DNA of 64,000 nt from Octopus vulgaris. Taxonomy: Eukaryota. A model generated the notes under the pieces. That model did no database searches, was not told the origin of the DNA, and saw nothing but the letters and a program-made list of their open reading frames with translations. Position 1 is the stretch's first letter. The number at the start of each line of letters is the position of its first letter. Location: positions 154,504,001 to 154,568,000 of the forward strand of contig OX597816.1 in assembly GCA_951406725.2 (NCBI GenBank), read 5' to 3'. The position numbers were made by a program, and so were the translations under genes. Of the stretch, positions 24,390-38,300 are shown piece by piece.

Positions 24390-27300
24390 GTAAGACGGTA
24401 GTTTTTGATAAATGCCTCTCAATGTCTATTAGAAACTGTTGTATCACACGTTTGACATATGATATAATGGGATAATAATAATGTCCTTGGAAATCGTTCT
24501 ACTCAAGATACTGGAAATAAACCTCGACAATACACAACTCCCGGTTTTACACTGCTCTGAAGGCTCTCTTTGTATGTCCATTTATATTGTGGAGCTAATC
24601 AATAGGGGTGTTCTACTTCAACACAACAGAAGCAAACATAGACTTGCTAGAGAGAATGATTTTGAGTAATTTTCTGTTTTAATGCTGGTAACAGACTGGC
24701 AGAATTAATTGAGAATTCTATTGTCTTATAATATTTAGTTTTGTATCTCTACATTATGAATTTAAATTCAAATCTAACATAATTTGTTATGGTTTTTCTT
24801 CCTCCTGCGCATTGGTAAAATAAGTACCAGAAATATACTAAGGTGAATTAGTCAGCTAGCTCCATCCTCTATAAAAGTTGATTTTGTGCTAAGATGACAC
24901 AGGCATGGCAGAGACACAGGTATGGGTTGTGATAGAGAAGCCCCCTTCCCAATCATGTAGTTTTGGGTTGAGTCCCATTGCATGGCACTGTGGGCAAGTG
25001 TCTTCTACTATAGCCCTAGGTGAGTGAATTTGGTAGACAAAAATTATAAGAAGCCAATTGTGTGTGTGTGCCTGATATTGTATTTCCCTTGTCACACATT
25101 ACTTGTAAATGTGTCTGATATTGTATTTCCCTTGTCACTCATTACTTGAAAACAGTGGCATCAGTAACAGTGTCATTTCCTCTGTAAAATCATGTCCTGA
25201 TTTCTTGACATTCTTAACAAGTATATTTCAATGTTGTTTGTCTCCAGTTTTTCACTTAAGTCAATTTTTATTGATTCTTTGTTTGTTGTTTGATAAACTG
25301 GGAAATTATAACCTTATTTTGGAATGGATGATATGTGAGGAAGGGTATCTGGCAGTAGTAAACCCTACCCCAACATACTTTGGTCTGATCCATGCAAGCC
25401 TGGAAAAGTAGATGTGAAAATGACTATGATGAAAGAATCAATCAATCAATAAATAAATATATAATCTCTCCAGTTAACATTTAAGTCCTGACTTTTCATT
25501 CTATATTAAATATCCTATGAGGTGTCCAAATTGAAAGTGCACATAGGGATGCTTATTGTGCCAAAAACTATTGCTGAGAGATTGAGGTACGCTGACCTAT
25601 TGTTCCAACTGCTATTTGGACTTATAAGATTTTAGAGAACTCCTTTGCCTCTGCAACTGTGTCTTTATAAATCCCTCTCTCCAACATGGCAAAACCAATT
25701 GCATGGATCTGAATGCTGAAATTCTGTACCCCATCACATATTCATATCTAAGAAGCAGATATCCAGACCTTTGGGTGATAGCCAAGTAATATCCAAACCT
25801 TCGGGTTTGGGGTTCTTGACTTCTACCCCAACCAAACTATATTGACATTAACATGAGTAAATCTGTTAGTTAATCTCAAATCATCCCTGATAAAAGCAGA
25901 CCTATGTTTAATGCCATCCCAGTTGTGACCATCCTGTCTTTTTTTTTTCCAGCCATAGAATATGTAGGACTGCATTATATGTTCTTCATATCTTTAACAC
26001 ACTGTGCAATTGGAGAAGGATTTGGTTACTTTTTCTAACAGGGCCAATGCTAATTTCATCTCTTTTGGACAGTTCTTAAGAGTGTGTTCTCTGTTCATCA
26101 TCAAGTGTTTGTTTGTTGTATTTATGTTGATCTTTGAACTGGGACTGAACCCCTCAGAGTTTAGTTCATCCAGCTTACCAATTTACTTAGCCACATAAGT
26201 CTTGGTCTTCTGTGTTGAATATACATTTTCCCACATTCCTCATAGTGGGAAACTTAATCTTTGTATGTACACAGGATTTCTGTTTTCACCCTGCAGTTTT
26301 TGTAATTTCTGTTTTATTTCTTATGTTGTATGATCCTAATCTTTAGGGGTCATCCTGTGTAATCTGAAATGTTTTCAGTTATTTCAAAAGACAAAACAAA
26401 AATATACAAAATATAAAAACTTGTTACAAGGAGTAACCTCTGAAAAACTATCTTTAGACAATCAGCAAAATATGTCCAGATTTGTATAGAAGTAAGTTAT
26501 TTTTTTTTAGATGACCTGTAAAACCAGTCTAGCTGCTGTCTCTCATGGTGGTAAATAGGTTTTTATGTCTAATAATTGACACATGATTTCACACTAAAGA
26601 CAGTACACTGTGTTTTGAGCAGCAATCATTAGAAAAGAAAAAAAAATTGATGCCAGTATTTTTTATTGTTACTGCTTCTAATGTGTCACTGATGTTATGT
26701 GTCACCAAGTCAGACACCAAACAAATTAAGCAGATTTATAATTAAAAGAGTTCCAACCATGACAAATTTTAAAACCTTATTAACTCAGTGAGGGAGTATC
26801 TATACATTTAATCAGCTTGTTAGTAATGGCAGCAAAACCATTGTATTTTCATGTTGACATCACTCATGATTGGTTTTAAATTGAAAGTTAATCCTTTGAT
26901 GATTGCTTAAATTTATCAGTGGATTATTTATTGAAAATTTTTTTTCTGCATATGTTACTGCTGTGTTAATGAATATAAGCAGAAAAGGCTATGGTGAAGA
27001 AGATACTAACATTTCAAATGGGTTTGTAACGGTTTGCCTTTTTGTATATTCAGGTTTCTGTTCTTACCCCTATCCTCTTTTTTTTTTTTTTGAAGGCTGT
27101 GAAGTGTGAATTGAGGAAGGTTTGGTTGCTTATTGTAAGATGAGCAACAATGGAGAGGTTTCCTTGTTGATTTGTCATTGTCATGTTAGTTAAATTCACT
27201 GTATACTAGTGAATATGGCTGATAGTTTCTCCATTAGTATCAATTACATTACCATGCTATCTATGTGTGTTGTGTATTGGTCAGATTACCTATTTGGTGG

Positions 27301-28229
27301 CTTATGTGCTAATAATGACAGTGTGTTGTGTTTATGACTAAGTCTAGCTCTAAGTAGGTACAACAGAGTAGTACTGTAAGCAGTGACATCAGCGCTATGT
27401 CCATCAACTTGCTTTACTGTGTTCATTTCATCTTTGCACAAAAGCTACTTCACTGTCTTATTTAAGGTTAAATTTATTGTGAATCCACTTAGTGTTACAG
27501 AAACAGGACTCATGAGACAATCTTACAGATCATTGAACTTTGGAAAACTTTAGTTTCTTTTTCCTCTCTATTACTGGAATGCTTTTATTGGCTGTGAGGT
27601 TCTTATCCTTTCCCCACCTCCCGACTGCATTCATTAAAAGGCCCCCCTTAGTCCCATTATTTGCTGCCAAGCCTCAGAGATAAAATTTTCATTTATTATT
27701 TAAATGCCAAAAGGACTTCTAAATCATCTTGTAAACATACACACACACATGCATGCATACATGGCTGTGTGATAGAGAAGTTCACTTCACAACCATGTGG
27801 TTTTAGAGTTGGTCCCACTGTATGACATATTTGGCAAATGTCTTCTGCTGTAGCTTCAGATCAACCAATGCTGAAACTGTATTGAAACCTGTTAGATATA
27901 TGTGGGTGATTGTGTTTGACTGCATCCATGTGTTTGTGTGTAATATCTATGTATGTTTGAAGTGACACCTTTCAACTAGCAGCAATGATATTTATGTTCC
28001 TCAAAAATGTCCAGCAACTTCACAATTTGTTTGAAGTTTTGAAATAAAATATCTCGAAAAACCAGTAAAAAAGGTTGGCATTAAGAAGGGCATCCAGCAG
28101 TAGAGTAGTGCCTCTACAAGCATTACCTAATCCATACCAGCATAGAAATAAAGTAAACACAAAAATAATGATGGTATATGTCCTCACAAACACACACAAA
28201 ATTTCCTTTATATATATATATATATATAT

Positions 28230-28620
28230 GTGCAGGTATGGCTGTATGGTAAGAAGTTTACTTCCTGCCCACATGGTCCCAGGTTCAGTCCCACTGCATG
28301 GCACCTTGGGCAAGTGTCTTCTACTATAGCTGACCAAAGCCTTGTGAGTGAATATGGTAGACGGAAACTGAAAGAAGCCTGTCATATATATGCACATATA
28401 TATGTGTGTGTGTCTTTGTGTTTGTCCCCCACCACCACTTGACAACTGGTGCTGGTGTATTTACATCCCTGTAACTTAGTGGTTTGGCAAAAGAGACCCA
28501 TAGAATATGTACCAGGCTTATAAAAAGTAGGTCCTGGGATTGATACATTCAGTTGAAAATTCTTCAAGACAGTGCCCCAGCATGGCCTCAGTCTAATGAC
28601 TGAAACAAGTAAAAGATAAA
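28230..28620 (+). mobile_element. Full-length SINE family B
   Basis: tRNA-like head (tggctgtatggtaag, ggttcagtccc), internal (TG)n, tail gactgaaacaagtaaaagataaa. Confidence 0.85.
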
Positions 28621-28636
28621 AAATGTGTGTGTATGT

Positions 28637-29066
28637 GTGGCACGTAAAAAACACCATCTGTTCGTGGCCGTTGCCAGTCTCGCCTGGTCCCCGTGCCGGT
28701 GGCACGTAAAAAGCACCATCCGTTCGTTGCCGTTGCCAGCCTCGCCTGGCCCCCGTGCCGGTGGCATGTAAAAAGCACCATCCGATTGTGGCTGTTGCCA
28801 GCCTCGCCTGGCCCCCGTGCCGGTGGCACGTAAAAAACACCATCCGTCCGTGGCCGTTTGCCAGCTCTGTCTGGCACCTGTGCGGGTGGCACGTAAAAAG
28901 CACCCACTACACTCACGGAGTGGTTGGCGTTAGGAAGGGCATCCAGCTGTAGAAACACTGCCAGATCAGACTGGGCCTGATGCAGCCTTCTGGCTTCACA
29001 GACCCCAGTTGAACCATCCAACCCATGCTAGCATGGAAAGCGGACGCTAAACGATGATGATGATGA
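28637..29066 (+). mobile_element. Young RTE-tail element with internal ~55-bp tandem repeats, ending (GAT)n
   Basis: Four to five units of ccgtgccggtggcacgtaaaaagcaccatccg...; CpGs are retained. Confidence 0.85.
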
Positions 29067-29084
29067 TATATATATATATATATA

Positions 29085-29189
29085 AAGTTAATCCAAACAA
29101 GAAAACAAAAAGACAACAACGCGAGGATGTGGAACAAATAAAGTATTATTGGACGCTCAGGAAAGAAGGGAAGAAGGGTATTTTTACGT
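29085..29189 (-). mobile_element. Penelope-like pLTR 3' fragment
   Basis: Reverse complement acgtaaaaatacc...ttcctgagcgtccaataatact...gtttggattaac is homologous to 2863-2960. Confidence 0.65.
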
Positions 29190-29954
29190 GCATGTGTGTT
29201 TGTGTGGCTTGTATAAAGTGGTAATTTTAAACAGTGGTACAATCTTATTGTGTTCTTTGTTTAGTTTCTTTTCTGTCAGTTTGATATTTGTTTAATATTT
29301 GTGCATAGTTGTTAAAATTGTTGTTGTTAATCTGAATGTGAAAGAAGCACATTGGTCAACTGGAAATGTCAACAGCAAGAACAACAAACAGTCTACATAT
29401 TCTTATCAGGCTTGAAGCCATAAGTTTCATTTTCTTCATTATCATTAGTACTTACATATTAATATCCTGTCAGGTTGGGCTTATCCTCACTTAGATGACT
29501 TCTTATCACACTAGAGTCTTCATCCTGTCATCGCTGGCTTCATTATTATTGTTGTTGTTATCATTGTTATTTCAGTCTTTTTCATCTTCTTCCTTCTCCT
29601 CACCATCATCGTTGTTAACTGACATCATTGTATTAAGTCCAGTTGTCATTGGCATACCATCATCGTTATAGCATCATTATCACACTCGTCAGCTGAAGCT
29701 TCTTTATTGCTAATATCTACATCCGTGTACCACCCTATCCCTCCCACCTTATCATCATTACCACTACATTAAGAATATCAGTAGATGCACTCACATGCCA
29801 TGTCTTGAATACCTTTGAGCATATATCTGCTCGACCTTGGCTGACTTGGCATTACACTACAACAACAATCCACAAGAGGAGTCAAACTCATCATTGCAAG
29901 TGAACAAAGTGAAACACTCATTAATTTTACACTAGTTTCACTGCTTATATTATA

Positions 29955-30360
29955 CTCTTTACTCTTTATACTCTTTTACTTGTTTCAGTCATTTGACTGT
30001 GGCCATGCTGGAACACCGCCTTTAGTCGAGCAAATCGACTCCAGGACTTATTCTTTGTAAGCCTAGTACTTATTCTATCGGTCTCTTTTGCCGAACCACT
30101 AAGTTACAGGGACGTAAACACACCAGCATCGGTTGTCAAGCGCTGTTGGGGGAACAAACACAGACACACAAACATACACACACACACATTTATACATATA
30201 TACGACAGGCTACTTTCAGTTTCCGTCTACCAAATCCACTCACAAGGCTTTGGTCAGCCTGAGGCTATAATAGAAGACACTTGCTCAAGGTGCCATGCAG
30301 TGGGACTGAACCCAGAACCATGTGGTTCGTAAGCAAGCTACTTACCACAGCCACTCCTAC
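29955..30360 (-). mobile_element. Full-length SINE family B
   Basis: Reverse complement of the 28230-28620 type. Confidence 0.85.
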
Positions 30361-30447
30361 GTCTATTATAGAAGATTATAACCTATGAAATTTAGAAAGT
30401 ATTATAATGAATACAATGTTTCTTTAATATTACTTCCACTCATAAGG

Positions 30448-30651
30448 TGGAGAGCAGTATCATTAGCACACCTGGCAAAATGCTTAATGGCATTTCATCC
30501 ATCTTTATGTTCTGGGTTCAAATGCCACTGGAGTTGACTTTGCCTTTCATCCTTTTGGGGTCAATAAAATAAGTTTGAGTTGACTGGGGTCAATTTAATT
30601 GACTTGGCTCTCCTCCCTTGAAATTGCTGACCTTGTTTCAAAATTTGAAAC
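30448..30651 (+). mobile_element. SINE family A with long TSD
   Basis: Flanked by taatattacttccactcataagg at 30425-30447 and 30652-30674. Confidence 0.85.
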
Positions 30652-32137
30652 TAATATTACTTCCACTCATAAGGGCCTAATACTCCTTTTTAAATCAATT
30701 TGCTAAAGGAGAAATGCAGGAACTTATTGAAGTAGTTGTTGTGAATAGCTGTTGTTGAGTTGCGGCTTGAACTTCTGTGGGTTGACATCTATTGGAAAGA
30801 TGTGTGCAGAATGGGAATTCCAAATGGATGCAGAATTTAGATAGCTCCTGAGGAAACAACCATTAACACCCACTTTGTAACTGCTGTCTTGACCCTTTGA
30901 CACTAGCTCACCTTTGACACCTCCTGGTTCTATTATACAAACTTCTTTGTTTAAAGTGGTCTCAATTAAAATCTTCCTAAAAAATTTCATGTTAATTTAT
31001 ATTCCAAACACCTAAATATTTTACTAAATGTGCACATACATTCTCTATTTCATCTATATTTTATTCCACTCTTTCAATCAGTCTATATTCGTTTCCTGTC
31101 TCCCCAACATCTCTTGTTTTCTTTTCTTCCTTCTTCATCTATATTTCCTCTCCCTACTCAGTGTTTTCATTTTTACTCCAACCCAAGTTTTCTCCTTATC
31201 TACTCTCTCTCCACTTTATGTTCCATATTTGATTTAGTCTCCTGCCATTTATTTTCTTTAAGCCACACCTACTTTTCATACTTGTTTAATTCCCTTCCTT
31301 TAATTTGAAATCCCCCCCCCGTAACTTTCTGCTCCATCTGTTATTTTCTTCTCTTTCTCTTCTTTCCCCCTTTCTTTTTCTTCTTTCCCCCTTTTTCTTC
31401 TTTCTCTTTTCATATTCATAAGTCAGTACACTTACCAAATTTTTTCTTCAAATATATAAACTATATACTTAAATCAAAACATTCACATACAAATTTGCCA
31501 AAAATAAAATGTCATGAAATTTCTCTTGTATGCTGTAAAACCAGTTTTTCTTACTAGATAATCTGTTTTATTTTTCTGACTATAATAATAATCATAATAA
31601 TAATAATAATAATCGTAATAATAATAATAATATATGGATAAAACAAAAAAAAAAAAAGATTATAAGGCAAGAATGAGATTAGAAATTGAAATACAGGGTG
31701 GAAGAAGCATCGGAAAATAAATGAAACAATATCAAAGAGTGTGTACCCTGAAAATAAATGTGTGAAAGGAAAAGAGATTGGAAAAGCTCTAGCATTTTGA
31801 TTATGCCTTTTGTGAAAGAAATGTAAAGTAGTAAGAGGAGAAAAAGAAATAGGAGTGATATAAAATTTATATGACTACATTGCTGGTTTGATGTAAAAAG
31901 GAAGTGAGATAGTAGAACTGGAAGTGGAGACACAATTTGGGTAAGAGTGAGAGTAAGTGAGGAGAGAGGCGGGTAAGAGTGCAAAAAAAAGATACAGGTT
32001 ATGTTAAAAAAAGAGAGAGAGAGAGAGTGTGTGTGTGTGAGAGAGCATATGATTGTTGTTTTTATGTAGTATAATGTAATATGGTTATCTCTATAGGTGT
32101 TAAAAAGCATTTAATATGAATTAGACATATATAGTTT

Positions 32138-32578
32138 GAGCGGCTAACTGGCTCCCGTGCCAGTGGCATGTAGGAGGCACCATTCGAGCGGGATCGAGTA
32201 GGGTGCTAAGAGCACCATCTGAGTGTGATTGCTGCTAGAGCGGCTAACTGGCTTCTGTGCTGGTGGCATGTAGGAGGCACCATTCAAGCGGGATCATTAC
32301 CAGCATCGCCTTACTGGCACCTGTGCCGTTGGCATGTGTAAAAAAATTCGAGCAAGTTCGTTGCCAGTACCGCCTGACTTTCCCCTGTGCTGGTGGCACG
32401 TAAAAGCACCCACTACACTCTCAGAGTGGTTGGCATTAGGAAGGACATCCAGCTGTAGAACCTCTGCCAGATCAAGACTGGAGCCTGGAGCAGCCATCTG
32501 GTTCGCCAGCCCACAGTCAAACCATCCAACCCATGCTAGAATGGAAAGCGGATGTTAAACGACAATGATGATGATGAT
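32138..32578 (+). mobile_element. RTE-tail element with internal duplication
   Basis: gagcggctaactggct...ggaggcaccattc occurs twice; common tail and (GAT)n. Confidence 0.8.
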
Positions 32579-34254
32579 TGTAGTTGCTTGATCAACTAAT
32601 AGCATTTCAGTATTTTACAAGTTGAATATTCCATAGGCATGTGTATCCTTAACACTTTAGCATTCACATAATTCTCTGAAAGTTAATGCCTATTCATTCA
32701 TATTGTTTTAAAATAAATCAGGCATTATCTTGTAGCTTTGAAAGGCAGCAAGCTGGCAGAAATGTTAGCACACCGGGAGAAATGCTTAGTGGTATTTCGT
32801 CTGTCTTTACATTCTGAGTTCAAATTCTCCTGAGGTTGACTTTGCCTTTCCTCCTTTTGGAGTTGATAAATTAAGCATGAAGAACTCATGAAGTCTGGGT
32901 TGTGGTTTGCACAGTCCAGTATGTCCTGGGCAATTTCCACGCAGAGTTACTTCTGTACCATAGGAATGAATTTTGTGAACACTCTCTTCATACACAAATC
33001 CACTGTTAAAATGGAATGCACTGATCCTGTGCTTATTCCCACTTGCTGCACCAAATGTAAGCTATGGACACATAAGAGATGCAGATTATCAGATAAGGAC
33101 ACCTTTGTGTGCGGCAGATATGCAAGAACAATAAGCACTAAGAGCTCACAGGACTTAGACTTTCTCAAATATCCAGAAGGCTCTCTTGAGGAAGTAGTTT
33201 CTTTTACTTAGGTGACCAAATTAGCAATGGACATAGCTGCTCTGAAAGTATTGTTTCTAGAATATGAATAGGATGGAGAAAGTTCAGAGAGATACTACCT
33301 CTGTTGGCAACAAATAGACTTTCTCTCAGAGTGAAAGGTAGATTGTATGATGCTTGTGTGCAAATGGCTATACTCCATGTTAGTGAGACATGGGCTCTGA
33401 ATGCAAAGGACATGCATAGACTAGATAGGAATAAAAGCAGTATACTCCGCTGGATGTGCAGCACCAATGTGCATGAGTGACAAAGCGCAAATGTATTGAA
33501 TGAAAAGTTGGACATAAGAGGACTTCGTTGGTGTGGATGCCAACATGGACAATAGACGTTAAATGATATGATGTGTATGAATAGAGATGGCTGTATAAAG
33601 AAGTGCTGGTCATTGAAAGTGGAGGACATCTGTGGAAGTGGGAGATCTAGGAAGACACTGGAGGCATGGAAATGGATAAGGACCAATCTCAGGATGTGGG
33701 GGCTCATGGAGGAAATGAAAATGGACCAAGATGTCTGGTGATATGAGATTCTAGAGAAGACTTGCCCATGCCAGTGAACCTGAGTCCTAGAAGCATTGTG
33801 TTCCACCCACACGTAACTAAAAATTTTCACACACCCTACTCCAACAAACCAAATTACATTGCGATTTTTCTTCTTTTCCTTACATTTCCTCTTCATACAC
33901 TATGATTATCTCCCATCCCCCCCAATCCAGCTCTCACTACCCTATTCGCTGTATTATTGCTTCTCCCTGCCCCCCTCTATACTCAGATTCTCACCAGTCA
34001 CAACATTCCCCACTCCCATTACCTACTCGTGACTTCTTGGTAATACTCTGCCAGCAACTGCCACTGTTCATCTCTCTCTTCCTCGCTTTACCAACCCATC
34101 TCTACCTTGATTCCTGTTCCTTGCGAGTATACTCTGGCATTTATTGCCATCCCTCTCCTGCTCTTGCTGTCTCCTACTTTCTCTCTCTCTTCTCTCTAGC
34201 TGAGTAATCATTTATCTCCTCTACAGCAACAAACCTGTTTCTTCCCTCATTCTT

Positions 34255-34435
34255 AACTCTCGCTCTCCTTGTCTCGCTCTCCTTGTCTCGCTCTCCTTGT
34301 CTCGCTCTCTCTGTCTCGCTCTCCCTGTCTCGCTCTCCCTGTCTTGCTCTCCCTGTCTCGCTCTCCCTGTCTCGCTCTCCCTGTCTCGCTCTCCCTGTCT
34401 CGCTCTCCCTGTCTCGCTCTCCTTGTCTCACTCGC
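34255..34435. repeat. 14-bp minisatellite (ctcgctctccYtgt)n, about 12 copies
   Basis: Direct inspection. Confidence 0.9.
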
Positions 34436-34905
34436 CTTGTCTTGCCCTCTTTCTCTCGCCCTCTTTCTCTCGCCCGCTTTCTCTCGCTCTCTTCCTCTCG
34501 CACTCTTTCACCCTCTTTCTCTTGCTCTTTTCCTCGCTCTCTCTGGCTGGTTACCCATGTACCTCCTCTGCAACAAGACATCTGTTTCTGTCTCTCTGTC
34601 ACAGCCTAACCTTTCATCATCTGACACAAGATCATTTCTTCCAATGCCCCCTCCCCTCTCCTCAAAGATTATTTGTCTTACAAAGTCACTTGGTGACCCG
34701 GCCAGTGCAGGTGCCACTTAAAAAGCATTCAGTCCACACTGTAAAGTGGTTGGCAGTTGGAAGGTCATCCAGCTATAAAAACCATGCCAAAACTGACCTT
34801 GCCTGTGCAAGTGCCATGTAAAAAGCACTCTATGGAGTGATTGGTGTTAGGAAGAGCATTCACTCATAAAATCCATGCTAAAACAGACACAAAAGCAAAG
34901 CGCAG

Positions 34906-34986
34906 GCTCCTGCCCGGCCAGCTCCTGCCCGGCCAGCTCCTGCCCGGCCAGCTCCTGCCCGGCCAGCTCCTGCCCGGCCAGCTCCT
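34906..34986. repeat. 15-bp minisatellite (gctcctgcccggcca) x5 plus a partial copy
   Basis: Perfect tandem copies. Confidence 0.95.
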
Positions 34987-35256
34987 ATTAAACTGTCCAA
35001 CCCATGCCAGCATGGAAGGAGGACATGAAACAATGATGATGATGATATAAAAATAGGTCAGTTAATTAGTTGTAGTTAGTGAACACACCACACACACTCT
35101 CTCTCTTCCCCTCTCTCTCTCTCTCTTTCCTATTCAGTCACAAACTGTGTACACTTGCAATTTATATCACTTCCAGAGGAGAGGTTAGCAATTAACTTCA
35201 CTGGGTCCAGAAATGGAGGTTTTCTGAGTTACTAGACCACCATGTTTTGCTATTCT

Positions 35257-35329
<73 letters not shown>

Positions 35330-38300
35330 TTACACACATAAACACCTCTAACTCAAGTACTTTTTGTCTTTGTTATACTCCATCTGTTTCTGGAAGAGAA
35401 AGCTCTCCAGACCTCAGACTTAATTACCGTTATTTTCAACATTTGAATTAAATTGGACTTTTCTCTATTGTTATATTTTTGTATTGAACTGAAAAATAAA
35501 ATTGAAGCAGTAATTCCACATATGTAGCCCTGCTGTTACACTGGTAAAAGAAATGTTCAAATCATTAAAATTTTGTTGTGTATGGGGTTGGAGTAGTGGA
35601 GGTTGTGGTGCTGTAGATTTTTTTTTTGTGTGTGTGTGTGTGTGTGTGAGGCTGTAGTCATCTGTGCATATGTATCTGTTTTTGCTTGTGCTTGAGATCT
35701 GTAGTTTTGTATGTTTGAGTGTGTGTATGAAAACATCAGTTTATAAAATGGAGCAAATTAGTGTACTGAATTGTCTCCCCTTCTCCCTCTTCAGATAAAC
35801 ATTAACTTATTTTATTTTGTGAATTTTATTTTAAATAATGCACTGAAAACAAAATGCAAGTCGGTAAAGAAAATGCAGATGCTTAAGGCCTTTGCAGGTG
35901 TTTCCAACCAAGTGAGATTGATGCAGTTCATGATTTTAGTTTGAACATCTGCCTGTAAGAAAAACATGGCTGGGGACAGAATTCCGGACTGTCATTTTTG
36001 TGGAGAAAAACGATTAGCAAAATATTTAGTGCAACACCAGGCAGTTAAGATACGTTAGGATTGGTAGAAGAAGAGGGAAAGACAGGTTTGGTGGGAGTCT
36101 GAGGAAGAGTACCCAGCTAGATTGTTTAAAGGAACAGAGATCATTGCAGTATCAATAGGAGAGAGAGAGGGGGGGGGTGAAGAGAAGATACAGCATATCT
36201 GTGAGCTAGTGGTTAAAAATTTGGTGATTGAATCATTGCCAATTGCTAGAATAACTATTTTAAAAAGATTTGTAATGTTTGAGTTTCTACCAACTCACAT
36301 GATCTTAATAAATTTCAGTGTCAATCTTTCTCCAACCTATGTCATATTTTATTCTGTATTTAAATATTTGAGATGAATTTTCATTAAGATTACAATTGTT
36401 TTCTAATTATTTTCTTTACTTTTACTGTATATTCTTACTATATATATATCTGTTTAGCATATGTTTTGACTGGTTTGATTCCTATTGTCATCAAATGTTT
36501 TAATTCTGGGAGATGTATACAACTGCTCCACTATACTGCTAGTCTTAACTATGCACATCCAGGAACAAAACATCTGTTGACAGTCAGAGAATGAATCCAT
36601 CAAAAAGTATTGTAAATGTAAGCATTCTAAAATGAGGTTAATGGTCTGTTTTATTGTGTTATTTTATTATTGTCTTGTCAGTTGATGTGCATTTCTCATA
36701 TCTGTCTCATCAGTCTGGACTGCAATTTGGTAGAATCATTAGGGCATTGTCATGATGCCTAAGATATTTAGTTAGAGCTCATTACATACTAAGTTCAAAC
36801 CATGCCAAGGTCAACTTTGCTTTTCATCTTTCTGGAGCTAGTAAAATAGTACAGTCAGATGATTTAACAATCTTATAGGACATCCTGGATATGAATGGAA
36901 CTATGAAAGAAAAGAATGTCCCCAAAGAACAAATAAAAGATAGAAGTGCAAATGTAAATGCTCTCTAAGTCCTTGTATAGGAAGCAAGTCTACCACAGGT
37001 AACATTCTGAGATGGTGTAGTACCTATACCTGACAGCTAGGTATACTGACACAATATAGAATAAAGTGTTCTGCTTAGAAACACAATACAATATTTGTAG
37101 TCAATTTGAACTCATAGTCTATGAGTAGGCAGTCAAATACTTGTCTTCTCAGCCACATCTATCTCTATTCATTCTACCAACCCACTGTCCTATTATATGT
37201 GGTTGAAGTTTAGTGTTGGTTAAACCTAATTAAGCAGATCTATCATCAGTGGAATTCAAACTGTAACTCTTTTAAGACAATTTTTTATGATTTGTCCCAA
37301 GTAAGATATCAAATTTCATTCACTGATGAGGCTCTAGCTCCAGAGTTCAGGAGTGTGAACCCACCTTAGTGATCACTACTTTTGTAGCTGCTCTGGTCCA
37401 GAGTGACAATACCTGTTCAGGGTCCCAGTTAGAGGTCAAATAACAGAAGATGGTTCTGTGGTTAAGGCACACAAGATTCAGAGGAGGGCTGGCCCTTGGG
37501 CATGTGACATACAGGCCTATAATTATGTAGACATCCTGATATCACTTAAACCAATCTCTTTGCCTCAGGGTTAAATTGGCCTGTGCCCTCAAGAGTAATC
37601 TTGGGAGAGCAAGAGACTAACAGGAAGTAATAAAAAAACCACTACAGCCTCTTTCACAAGAATTATTAACCTGCAAACTTTGGCATAGTGGTCTAAGCTT
37701 GTTAATGCTTGTAGGTATGGCATATAAACTGAGAAGGGAGAAGCTGCAATTGAGGGAGATGTAGCTGCTATTTCCTGTTAGTTGAGTAGCCTCTTGGAGA
37801 TTCTCTTATTTATGAGCCAATTAATTCTTTACCATATTCTAAAATTAAGTTCCATAAAGTCATTAAGTTGGAAACCCAACCAAGGTCTCTTTGTGCCTTG
37901 ATGACCATTTCTGAGCTTTCACTGAATAATCTGAGCTTTTGAAACTCTGTTCAATTATTAATTAACAAGTAAATCATTAAGTAAACATTCTGCTAACTTG
38001 TATGTTTATTAGAGAAGAAATACTGGCACATGTACTCTACAACTGACAAGGTGGGATCATTCCATCTTGAGAGTTGGAGATGGAGGGAAAGCTTGTTTTA
38101 TCTATTTAATGGTACTCTTTAAAGCTTAGCACTATTGTGAGAGGGTGCTTAGAAGCCCCTGTGGGAGATACTTAGATACTTAGCTAAGTATCCACCAGAA
38201 TTGGCCCTGGCCATGAATAACTTAATTGAACCACTTGGGATATGTATAGTTTTCAACCTTTTTGTTACTTAAAATTTACTCTGATATCTCATGGAAAATT

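Larger units (their letters stand above)
32875..35045 (+). mobile_element. Degenerate RTE LINE 3' half with long 3' UTR
   Basis: CTKCKLWTHKRC...FVCGR, LGDQIS and LRVKGRLYDACV segments homologous to 12450-13200, then a pyrimidine-rich UTR and the common tail. Confidence 0.8.

Noticed and set aside
25068-25150. 43-bp tandem duplication
   Set aside because: Local duplication inside a decayed SINE, with no evident consequence.
28230-28310. tRNA-like A/B boxes in SINE heads
   Set aside because: No complete cloverleaf; these are SINE 5' regions, not tRNA genes.
34174-34821. ERDRES- and SLSRSPCL-repeat ORFs
   Set aside because: Translations of the 14-bp minisatellite and CT-rich tract.
37323-37360. 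CUGAUGA followed by a short hairpin
   Set aside because: No downstream GAAA or cleavage triplet.
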